Below, piece after piece: positions 8,524 through 16,691 of a stretch of 52,849 nt of DNA. Under the pieces are notes generated by a model that worked only from the letters and a program-made list of their open reading frames with translations, was not told the origin of the DNA and searched no databases. Position 1 is the first letter of the stretch. Each line of letters opens with the position of its first letter. Source of the stretch: Thermodesulfobacteriota bacterium. GTDB lineage: Bacteria > Desulfobacterota_D > UBA1144 > Nemesobacterales > N074bin48. Both the position numbers and the translations under genes were made by a program. The DNA is taken from NCBI GenBank assembly GCA_041572575.1, contig JBFFSH010000006.1, positions 1-52,849 on the forward strand, in the 5' to 3' direction.

Positions 8524-9480
8524 TTATTTTGCAAGAGCCTTTAAAATTTCATCTATAATCTTTTCGAATAAATCAATATATGTAGGCACACCATTATCAC
8601 GATCTACCATTGTAGGGAGCACAAGCAGCTTTGCATCTGTTTTGTCTGCCACAAGTCTTACAGTTTTCTGGGGATAAAATGATTCAGACAGTATTAGCTG
8701 TAAGTCTTTTTCCTGCATTTGCTTAACTAAACCTGCTATATGTGATGGCGAGGGTGGAATACCGGGTTTTGGTTCTATATAACCCACTTCGTTAAATCCC
8801 GCCCAGCCTGTAAAATACAACCAGCTTTTGTGGTATGTAACCAGATTAATGCCTTTTAAATGCTCAAGCTTTTCTTCCCACGCTGTTATCCGCTCTTTTA
8901 GTTTAGAAGTAAAAGCAAGCAGATTTTGGTCATAAAACTGAGAATGATCGGGATCAATTGCCTTTAATCTTTTTGCTATGCCTGCTGCTATGGGTATTCC
9001 ATTTCTGGGATCAAGCAAATAGTGAGAGTTACCACCTGAATGGATGTCTCCCATGCTCTTATCTAATTTAGAATTCGGTACTTCCAGTTTATTTTGAATT
9101 AGAGAAGATGCATCTAAATGACCCGGAGCATTTGATGAAATGATCTTTGAATTACGGGAACCAGTTATAAGTACTGGCAGCCAGCCAGCTTCAAGCTCAA
9201 GACCGTTGTATATCAGCAAATCAGCTTTATTTAGCCAAAGCATATAGTTTGGCTTCGCGTCTACAAAGTGAGGGTCTTGATAACCCTTTACTATACTTTT
9301 GACTTCAACCTTATCACCGCCGATCTCTTTGGTTATCGAGCCAAAATCAGGGATAGTCGTAACAACTTTTACTTTTGCATAAACCGATGTATGGCTTGCT
9401 GACATAAAAGCAATAACAGCAAAAGCTGCTAATATAATTTTATTAATTGAATTTATCACTGTTATTTTCCTTATTAACAT
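8524..9480 (-). CDS. Zn/Mn ABC transporter substrate-binding protein (ZnuA-like)
   Basis: Signal peptide, VVTT, DPHF, GDIHSGGNSHYLLDP, YHKSWLYF and EPKPGIPPSPSH; ATG at 9480. Confidence 0.88.
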   Translation of the reverse strand: MLIRKITVINSINKIILAAFAVIAFMSASHTSVYAKVKVVTTIPDFGSITKEIGGDKVEVKSIVKGYQDPHFVDAKPNYMLWLNKADLLIYNGLELEAGWLPVLITGSRNSKIISSNAPGHLDASSLIQNKLEVPNSKLDKSMGDIHSGGNSHYLLDPRNGIPIAAGIAKRLKAIDPDHSQFYDQNLLAFTSKLKERITAWEEKLEHLKGINLVTYHKSWLYFTGWAGFNEVGYIEPKPGIPPSPSHIAGLVKQMQEKDLQLILSESFYPQKTVRLVADKTDAKLLVLPTMVDRDNGVPTYIDLFEKIIDEILKALAK

Positions 9481-9482
9481 GA

Positions 9483-10868
9483 TCAAAACGGATGCGCTCC
9501 GTGCGCTCCGAGTGAGTACTGAAACTGTAGAAACAGAGCGTGCTGATCGTTTGTAAAATCCGGGTCAGTGTAATCATACTGAAGCCTTATTGTCGAAAAC
9601 TCTGAAGGATTAAATGTTAGCATGGCAGACACTCTGTATGTTTGTCCAAAAAGTCCAAGTCCACCCTTTTCATGTTCTTCCTCCTCTCCTGAATTTGTAA
9701 AATTAAAGAAATTGTCATTGGACAACAATTCGATTTCAGGACCTTCATCTTCTTCAAAATCCAGTGGATCATCCGTATTAGTCATACCAAACCTTGCTCC
9801 TGCATTCCATCTCTTTGCAAATCTATAAATAATCTGAGAATAAAAACCATAATCATTTAGATCGCCAATCTCACTCTCAGCATCTCTGTACATAAATTCG
9901 GACTGGAATGTAAGCTCTTTATAAGGGTCAGCATGTAGCGGCCTGTACTTAACAAAAAGGTCTGCTCCATAAAGATTTGTTCGGCTCCCCTCAAATGTTC
10001 CATTTGCACCTGTTGCAAATGAGCCACCCAAGTTTACTGAAAGACTTTCTGATAGCTCAAAGAAATTTTTGAGATGGAATACATATAGCAGTCTTCCCAG
10101 GTTGTTTTTGTCTTCATCTCTGTCAAAACTGGGAGTTTCAACCTCCGGACTACCTACAGCTGCACTAAGCTCAAAAAACCATGGTACAGGGACAAGAAAA
10201 TTAGCCTCAATAGAGGTAGGATTTAAATGCTCTCCTAAAAAAGCATTTGCCACAAGTGGCAGGGTAACAAAGTTTTGAGAATGTCTATGTTGAGTATTAA
10301 TACGCCCAAACTTGCTTCTTATAATTCCAATTCTATATTGAGAATTAAGAGGCAGTGAAGCAAGCGTGGTAGCATAGGCCTCTTCGGTTTCGATGCCTTC
10401 TCTGTTAATTGAAAACGCGCTGTCAAATCTGAAATAGGGATCAATTGATCCGGAAAATACAACCTCAATTTCCTGCAGATCAACACCTGTGTCTTCGGGG
10501 TCTGCCTCAGCACCAGCAAGCGGATCATTTTCCGAAAAATATGATGCTGAAAATATTCCTATTACGCTTATATCCGGATTTAAGGTCTGTATTGCTCTTT
10601 GTATAAAACCACCATCTGTAGGCGATTGTTCCGCTATTGCATTGGGCTCGCTGCTGCTTTGGCTGGTTTTCTGTTTGGCTCTCGACTGCTCCTCTAGCTC
10701 TTTGTTCCTTTGCTCCAGGTCATCAAGCCTCTGCTGCATTTTAATCATCATCTGCTTAAGCTCGCTGATCTCATTTCTTAAACTCTCCTTTTCATCTGCA
10801 AACAAAGCGCCTGTTAAAAATATTAATGAAAATACCGCTGTCGTAGCGGCAGTTAGTACTACTTTCAT
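9483..10868 (-). CDS. Outer-membrane beta-barrel metal channel (porin-like) with an N-terminal coiled coil
   Basis: Signal peptide, coiled coil, NPDISVIG, amphipathic strands, INTQHRH and C-terminal FQYSLGAHGAHPF; strong GGAGGTG SD. Confidence 0.75.
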   Translation of the reverse strand: MKVVLTAATTAVFSLIFLTGALFADEKESLRNEISELKQMMIKMQQRLDDLEQRNKELEEQSRAKQKTSQSSSEPNAIAEQSPTDGGFIQRAIQTLNPDISVIGIFSASYFSENDPLAGAEADPEDTGVDLQEIEVVFSGSIDPYFRFDSAFSINREGIETEEAYATTLASLPLNSQYRIGIIRSKFGRINTQHRHSQNFVTLPLVANAFLGEHLNPTSIEANFLVPVPWFFELSAAVGSPEVETPSFDRDEDKNNLGRLLYVFHLKNFFELSESLSVNLGGSFATGANGTFEGSRTNLYGADLFVKYRPLHADPYKELTFQSEFMYRDAESEIGDLNDYGFYSQIIYRFAKRWNAGARFGMTNTDDPLDFEEDEGPEIELLSNDNFFNFTNSGEEEEHEKGGLGLFGQTYRVSAMLTFNPSEFSTIRLQYDYTDPDFTNDQHALFLQFQYSLGAHGAHPF

Positions 10869-10929
10869 AATTCACCTCCACAAATTCTACTACTTATAAA
10901 TTCTGGAATTCAAAAAACTGAAATGGGAA

Positions 10930-11283
10930 TTATGAAAATACGGGAGGGGCTCTTGATTCATTTAAGAGCTTAAAATGTAAATCATTGTAAGATTGCCCTA
11001 TATCTTTGATGAGCAATATCGAAGTATGAAGGTTTAAGTCTACCTTTTTGTTGGTTTTGTAGATTTTTCCGTCAGCCCTGCAAGCAGAGCAGAATTCGGA
11101 GTTGTGGCTGTAGTTTAAATGCTGCTCGGTGTTGTTACTTTCAAAACTTAAGTCTGCAGATAAAGAAAGAGGATGTGTATGTATGAAAAGTGAAAAGAGG
11201 AAAAGTGCCGAAAAAAGTATAGTGAAATACTTTTTGTTATTAACTATATTCCCGGCTCTAATGTTAATATCAATAAATCTCAT
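10930..11283 (-). CDS. DUF2946/CruR/CutF-like leader protein: signal/TM segment, His residues, CxxC and C-terminal RAPP
   Basis: Hydrophobic FTILFSALFLFSLFI, then HTH, HLNYSH, CSAC and terminal SRAPPVFS*. ATGA overlap with the ECF ATPase stop; lies directly upstream of the OM channel. Confidence 0.75.
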   Translation of the reverse strand: MRFIDINIRAGNIVNNKKYFTILFSALFLFSLFIHTHPLSLSADLSFESNNTEQHLNYSHNSEFCSACRADGKIYKTNKKVDLNLHTSILLIKDIGQSYNDLHFKLLNESRAPPVFS

Positions 11284-12125
11284 TTCTCTTTTAAGTTTAA
11301 CTTACTCTTTGCAATAATTGAAGCCGCTTCTTTAATATTGAAACTGTGGTCTAAATCAATACCATTGTTTTTAAGTTCATGGAACAGAGCAGACAGCACA
11401 GGGGGCTCAATATGGCAGCTACGCAGCATATCAACTTTTGTGAAAATTTCCTCAGGACTTCCCTTTGCAATAATCTCTCCGCCTTCAGCAATTATATAGA
11501 CAATCTCCGCTATCAACGGAACTACGTTTATATTATGAGTCGAGAGTATGATTGATGTTTTTTCGTTTTCATTTATTTCATTTAGCAGTGATATGAGATC
11601 TTGTCTGCAAACAGGATCAAGTCCTTCAAAAGGCTCATCCAAAATTAATAGTTCAGGTTTATGAGCAAGCGCTCCTGCAATTCCCACCTTTGTTCTCTCT
11701 CCACCGCTTAAGTAATGTGGGACTTTGTTTTTAAGGTGTTTTATATCGAGCCATTCCATTAGATAGTTCACTCTTTTTTCAGTTTCACTACTATCCATCC
11801 CGTAATTCCTTGGTGAAAAGCAAATATCGTCCCACACAGTGGGGGCAATAATCTGCTGATCCACATTTTGAAGAAGCGTGCCAATGCGCTGCCTTATCTG
11901 GGCTGATTCCTTAGCAGGATCATGGCCAAACACTTCTATTGTTCCGGCATCTGATTTCAGAAGACCCAGAATGTGCTGAAGCAGGGTGGACTTACCACTT
12001 CCTATCGGACCCAGAATGGCGACTTTCTCACCACGGTTAACTATAAAGTCCTTACCACCGTAGTGTATGCTTACTCCGTCATTATACGAAAAGCTCAATT
12101 GACTTATTCTTACTACTTCGCTCAT
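11280..12125 (-). CDS. cbiO: ECF transporter ATPase (CbiO/NikO)
   Basis: GPIGSGKST, QNVDQQIIAPTVWDDICFSPRN, HYLSGGE and LDEP motifs. Confidence 0.85.
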   Translation of the reverse strand: MSEVVRISQLSFSYNDGVSIHYGGKDFIVNRGEKVAILGPIGSGKSTLLQHILGLLKSDAGTIEVFGHDPAKESAQIRQRIGTLLQNVDQQIIAPTVWDDICFSPRNYGMDSSETEKRVNYLMEWLDIKHLKNKVPHYLSGGERTKVGIAGALAHKPELLILDEPFEGLDPVCRQDLISLLNEINENEKTSIILSTHNINVVPLIAEIVYIIAEGGEIIAKGSPEEIFTKVDMLRSCHIEPPVLSALFHELKNNGIDLDHSFNIKEAASIIAKSKLNLKEK

Positions 12126-12934
12126 CTGTCCCCCTTTAATTTCAACACTAGTGATCTGAGCAAAATAATCCCAAGAAATAATGCAGACGAGATGAGAAAA
12201 TATGCACCTGTAATCTTATTATCAAATTCCTCGCAATACACTGTTAGCACAAGGGTTGCAAAGCCTAAAACTAAAAACAGATAGTCCGACAATTTTTCTA
12301 AATCCTCACCTCCGGAGACCGAGAAATTGCCAGAGTAACCCCTGATATTAAGCACGCCGTAATAATGTTGAGAGAGGTCAAAACCTCTTATTACCAAAAG
12401 CCCCAGTCCTGATGACAGGTTCTTAAGTCTCTTGAAATAATTTTTGTTCGAAAACCCCCCTCTTATTTTAAGTGCGCTGAAGAGGTTTGATAGAAGGCCA
12501 AAGAGTAGAAATATTGACCTGTATGTAAGTAAAAGTGCATCGAATAAAATACCGGGAATTATCGGTCTCATTGCGCTGAACACCCTTGGATAAGAAGTAG
12601 TAATAATTAACAGCACCATACAAAGGGATGCCGACAGTGCCTTCATAATAATAAGCAGCGTAAAGGCCCTGTTGCCGCTCCAGCTTGCAAATGCAAATAT
12701 TATGGCAAATATAGCAGGGTAAGCTGCAAGAAGGATTACTTTTATAGCAGGCACCTTTGAGATTATTACAAGCCCCAGCAGTAAAAAATATATGCCCCCC
12801 AGGATAATAAGACTCTTTGTTAGAACAATGCTTGCAATAAGCGATATTACAAAGATTACTTTTATCCCCGGGCCAAGCCTGTGAATAAGGCTATTTCCAA
12901 AATTTGCATAGTAGTCTATTGCTCCAATATCCAT
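12122..12934 (-). CDS. cbiQ: ECF transporter T component (CbiQ/NikQ)
   Basis: SLIHRLGPGIK, LTYRSIF, and the ALKIRG/LNIRG X-R-G motifs. Confidence 0.8.
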   Translation of the reverse strand: MDIGAIDYYANFGNSLIHRLGPGIKVIFVISLIASIVLTKSLIILGGIYFLLLGLVIISKVPAIKVILLAAYPAIFAIIFAFASWSGNRAFTLLIIMKALSASLCMVLLIITTSYPRVFSAMRPIIPGILFDALLLTYRSIFLLFGLLSNLFSALKIRGGFSNKNYFKRLKNLSSGLGLLVIRGFDLSQHYYGVLNIRGYSGNFSVSGGEDLEKLSDYLFLVLGFATLVLTVYCEEFDNKITGAYFLISSALFLGIILLRSLVLKLKGDR

Positions 12935-12938
12935 ATAG

Positions 12939-13667
12939 TTATGTACCCCGCAAAATAAGGGGTGACCTTATCCTGTGAATATATTTTATTACAAACCCCG
13001 TAATAACAGCTTCGAGTATCCAGCCAATAATACTGAGAGGAACCACCATCTTTGTAAACCTGTATGCATCAATAGTCTGAGAGTGTTCGTGGTCTTTATG
13101 TCCAGCTAATCCAGTCTCTTCTAAAAACACGTTTTGTTTGTTTATCTTTTCAATTTTTTCAGCAGACGAATCCAGGTTGGAAGCACACACAAAACCTATC
13201 ATCAGAGCACAGCTGAGAACAAGACTGCACACAGTTGCAAGCGAGGCAGAAACTGCGTGGGAGTTTGAGATATTTTTTAAAACACCAAGCAGAAAATGAA
13301 ACAGATAGTATCCTGCCACAGCTTCTGTTCCGACAACAAGGGTGTTAAGACCAATTACTGTAATTCCCCCGTGGCCAAACATTGCTATTATGAGGTCTAC
13401 AATAAAAACTGAAATAAATGCCATCGCCGGGCCGAGGATTATTCCGGCTATCACGCTCAGATTAAAGTGATAAGCGATTGGAACAATCTCTAACATCATA
13501 GCCACAATCATTATTGCAGAAACAATCCCAATATATGGAAGCTTAAGCGACACTTCTTCTTTCTTAACCCTCTTTATAGACAAAAAGAGAAAGAAGCTTG
13601 TAAGAAGCCAGCCTATAAGCAATAGCCACATGGGCAAAATTCCGTCTGGTATGTGTATGTGTGACAT
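12939..13667 (-). CDS. cbiM: ECF Ni/Co S component (NikM/CbiM family)
   Basis: N-terminal MSHIHIPDG, conserved His in AYHFN, GIILGP and FGHGGITVIGLN; His-rich loop GHKDHEH. Confidence 0.8.
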   Translation of the reverse strand: MSHIHIPDGILPMWLLLIGWLLTSFFLFLSIKRVKKEEVSLKLPYIGIVSAIMIVAMMLEIVPIAYHFNLSVIAGIILGPAMAFISVFIVDLIIAMFGHGGITVIGLNTLVVGTEAVAGYYLFHFLLGVLKNISNSHAVSASLATVCSLVLSCALMIGFVCASNLDSSAEKIEKINKQNVFLEETGLAGHKDHEHSQTIDAYRFTKMVVPLSIIGWILEAVITGFVIKYIHRIRSPLILRGT

Positions 13668-13670
13668 TTA

Positions 13671-14111
13671 TTATGTATTGTTTGATGCCTGACACTCGCT
13701 GCAGGTTCCAAAAAGCTGCAGGTAGTGGTTATCTATCTCAAACCCTGTTTTTTTTGATACATCTTCTTTTATACCCTCAAGCGGACAGTCCTCGTATTCT
13801 ACGATCTGATCACACACCTTGCATACAAGAGCATGCCTGTGACCGGAAAGAGCTGAGGTAAAATTATGACATCCGTCTTCAAGGTGTACTTTTTCTATTA
13901 ACCCCAGATCAATCAGTGAATCGAGGGTACGATAGATCGTTGCAAGCCCCACATTTGAGAGCAGCTTTTTAACCTCAGCATGTATTTTCTCGATAGACAT
14001 GTGAGTCTTAGACTCCTCTATAACTTTAAATACAGCTATCCTCTGAGGAGTACACTTAAGCCCCTTTGACTTAAAAACAGACTGCACATAGTTATCAACA
14101 ATCAGATCCAT
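13671..14111 (-). CDS. Fur-family transcriptional regulator (Fur/Zur/Nur)
   Basis: KCTPQRIAV, GLATIYRTL, HRHALVCKVC and FGTCSEC. Confidence 0.92.
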   Translation of the reverse strand: MDLIVDNYVQSVFKSKGLKCTPQRIAVFKVIEESKTHMSIEKIHAEVKKLLSNVGLATIYRTLDSLIDLGLIEKVHLEDGCHNFTSALSGHRHALVCKVCDQIVEYEDCPLEGIKEDVSKKTGFEIDNHYLQLFGTCSECQASNNT

Positions 14112-14133
14112 TGTAATAATTGAGACATTTTAT

Positions 14134-14156
14134 TAATTGAGAAAGATTCTCAATTA
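14134..14156. promoter_or_regulatory. Fur-family operator (10-3-10 palindrome TAATTGAGAA-AGA-TTCTCAATTA)
   Basis: Perfect inverted repeat resembling the 7-1-7 Fur box. It overlaps the -10 element; an extra half-site TAATTGAGAC lies at 14117-14126. Confidence 0.8.
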
Positions 14157-14180
14157 TAGAAATGTTTAGCAAGATGTCAA
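14153..14180 (-). promoter_or_regulatory. Sigma70 promoter of the metal-uptake operon
   Basis: Minus strand TTGACA (14180-14175), 16-nt spacer, TATAAT (14158-14153). Confidence 0.8.
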
Positions 14181-14242
14181 TAAATAATATGTATATGTAT
14201 CTGCGTTACAGATATAAGAATTTATAGAATATATTTTAAGCA

Positions 14243-14269
14243 CCCCTGCCCATTAGTGTAGGGCAGGGG
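14243..14269. terminator. GC-rich hairpin downstream of the SDR gene, probable intrinsic terminator
   Basis: CCCCTGCCC-9 nt-GGGCAGGGG; the U-tract on the minus strand is weak. Confidence 0.55.
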
Positions 14270-14311
14270 CTTTATTATTGAAGTTAAAAATTGGTTTTGT
14301 AAATAAAGTAG

Positions 14312-15073
14312 TTATCTTGCGACCCAACCGCCGTCTACAGACAACATGTTCCCTGTCATAAACCCTATGTTGTCATCGCAGAGGAAAAGCACGGCATGAG
14401 CAATTTCTTCAGGTCTTCCCAGTCTTCCCATAGGATGGAATGTTTTAAACAGCTCTTCTCCTGCGTCTCTGTCTTCCATGGAATCGAGCATGTTTGTTAC
14501 CATAGGTGTTACGATTGTACCAGGACATATATCATTTACCCTTATGCCGTCTGTAGCATAATCTAGAGCCATACTGCGGGTAAGCTGGGTAACAGCACCT
14601 TTTGAGGCGTCATACGCAGCCACTCCGGGAAGCGCTTTAAGACCAAGTACTGAAGAGTTGTTCACTATACATCCATACCCCTTCTCAAGCATATGGGGTA
14701 CAGCATATTTGGTCATCAGATAGATTCCCTTTACATTAATATCAAAAATCTTGTCCCACGTTTCTGTGGATGTCTCATGGGTCCTTCCAAGCTCAAGCAC
14801 CCCTGCGTTATTAAAAAGTATGTCGATCTTACCGTACTTTTTCACCGTATAATCGACGGCTTCCTTGCAATCATCCTCTTTCGATACATCGCTTACAAGA
14901 TAATCAAGCTCAATGCCCTTTTTCTTTGCATCTTCCTGAGCCTCTTTTAGTGTTTTTTCTGTTCTTCCCGTTATCACAACCTTTGCGCCTTCCTGCACAA
15001 AAAGCTCAGCTGTGTATTTACCAAGCCCAAGGCTTCCGCCTGTTATAAGGGCTACTTTGTTTTCAAGTTTCAT
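14312..15073 (-). CDS. Classical short-chain dehydrogenase/reductase
   Basis: TGGSLGLG, NNAG, YDASKG and VDGG motifs. Confidence 0.92.
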   Translation of the reverse strand: MKLENKVALITGGSLGLGKYTAELFVQEGAKVVITGRTEKTLKEAQEDAKKKGIELDYLVSDVSKEDDCKEAVDYTVKKYGKIDILFNNAGVLELGRTHETSTETWDKIFDINVKGIYLMTKYAVPHMLEKGYGCIVNNSSVLGLKALPGVAAYDASKGAVTQLTRSMALDYATDGIRVNDICPGTIVTPMVTNMLDSMEDRDAGEELFKTFHPMGRLGRPEEIAHAVLFLCDDNIGFMTGNMLSVDGGWVAR

Positions 15074-15167
15074 TCTAATATATCCTTAATGTAATTTTAG
15101 ATTACAAATTATAACCTAATCTTATCATAATTTGTTAATCTTTTTTTAAGGGCTAAAATTAAAAGTT

Positions 15168-15941
15168 ATGGCAAATTCAGTTTTGGTTGTTTATGAACCC
15201 TTAGATGAACTAATTGAAAAGAAAGACTACTGGAAAAAGTATATAGATTTTTATGAAAAATACTGGGACGGGCCATCTTCATTTCAGTCCGTGTGGTTTG
15301 GAAAGGAGTTTGATGATTTCAGAGATGCGCTTTCAGACCATATGGGAATGGATAAGGAGTTTATAGAGGACTGTTTTTTTATTAAGGATAAGGATGACAA
15401 TTATTATATATCTCCCCTTTCAGAAAATGCTAACCCCTATGTCTTCAGCTCTGAAAATTACATACCCCCTGAGTGGTTTATGCTCTTTAGCAAAGAGGAG
15501 AAAAAACTTACTTACACTCACACCGGTTACGGGGCAATATCGCAGGACGGCATCTATTATGTTACGGATATTTCAAAGGCGGCAAAAGCCATATATAAAG
15601 CTGAATTAATTATTAAAAATGGCGCCGAGAGATCTGGTCAGTCAGGTTCGTCCATTTCCAATATTCTGGGTCAGCTAAGAGAAGGGGTGGAAAACATTGT
15701 TGCGTGGCTATCTAATTTTAACCAGAAAGGAAAGATAGTCCTCAGTTACGGGGATATCTGCACATACATTCCAAACTACTCTCTTTCTGATGAAAACTCT
15801 GTACAGGATATTTGGGATATATTAAGTCTGATTGAAACGGGGAATTATGATGAAGCAGAATCAAAGCTGAATATTTTTATAATCAAATGGCAAGAGACCT
15901 TTAATCAAGCTTCTTCTGAAAACACCTCTACTATTCAGTAG
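15168..15941 (+). CDS. Hypothetical acidic cytoplasmic protein
   Basis: 257-codon ORF filling the gap between identified genes; no motif recognised. Confidence 0.6.
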   Translation: MANSVLVVYEPLDELIEKKDYWKKYIDFYEKYWDGPSSFQSVWFGKEFDDFRDALSDHMGMDKEFIEDCFFIKDKDDNYYISPLSENANPYVFSSENYIPPEWFMLFSKEEKKLTYTHTGYGAISQDGIYYVTDISKAAKAIYKAELIIKNGAERSGQSGSSISNILGQLREGVENIVAWLSNFNQKGKIVLSYGDICTYIPNYSLSDENSVQDIWDILSLIETGNYDEAESKLNIFIIKWQETFNQASSENTSTIQ

Positions 15942-16058
15942 CACCTTAAAAAGGCTTTAGCAGTTTCGATCTAATTTGTAGATTTGCTGTAAATCTCTTC
16001 ACTGCATCTTATTACTTTTTTGTACATGAAACAGTTAGAAAGACTACAGTCCCGATTC

Positions 16059-16691
16059 TCAGTTCTCTTCAATTTCATCACCAGAGTCAGTTTCGGCAGG
16101 CTTTCCAAGCCCCCTGGTTCTGGAAAAATACAGGTAGGCGCCGATGAGAAACGGCTCGAACCTCAGCACCATACTCTTCATAAACCCTTCAGAAAACTGC
16201 CAGAACACTAGTTTTGCCTCATTAGGCTTTTCATATCCCGACTTTAAAAGCGCTTCAGACAACTTTAGCCCCTCTAAGAAGAACACATAAATAATGTGCA
16301 TAGCTATAAGCAGCACTGCTACTTCAACATACACCCTTTTTTTTCTAATAAAGGGAAAAAACGCTGCCAGTATTCCAATGGTAATCGGGATGTTAAAAGT
16401 AAAATGGCCGAAGTTTACATCCTGGCGCATTCCAATATTTTTGGTGAACTGTTTTAGAGTTCTAAAATATGTACTGATACTGTCTTTATTTTTTTTATCA
16501 AATTCTACTAAATCAAGCTGGATGTTTTTTACTGGAGCAATAGCATGGGCAGAGATTGAGGTTATAACATAACCATAGTACTTTCCCACAAAAAGCCAGA
16601 GCACTAGAGAAAGCACATAGCCGGCAACAAATACAAGTGAGAGCCGTACTAGTTTTTTTCTAAGCTCCTTCCTGTTGTTTGTCTTCTCCAT
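16059..16691 (-). CDS. Exosortase H-associated membrane protein
   Basis: Multi-TM protein overlapping the exosortase 3' end; probable start MEKTNNRK at 16691. Confidence 0.6.
   Translation of the reverse strand: MEKTNNRKELRKKLVRLSLVFVAGYVLSLVLWLFVGKYYGYVITSISAHAIAPVKNIQLDLVEFDKKNKDSISTYFRTLKQFTKNIGMRQDVNFGHFTFNIPITIGILAAFFPFIRKKRVYVEVAVLLIAMHIIYVFFLEGLKLSEALLKSGYEKPNEAKLVFWQFSEGFMKSMVLRFEPFLIGAYLYFSRTRGLGKPAETDSGDEIEEN

Noticed and set aside
14181..14311. Cobalamin or NiCo riboswitch upstream of the cbiMQO-like genes
   Set aside because: The promoter lies only about 40 nt from the fur start, leaving no room for a leader, and no riboswitch consensus is visible.
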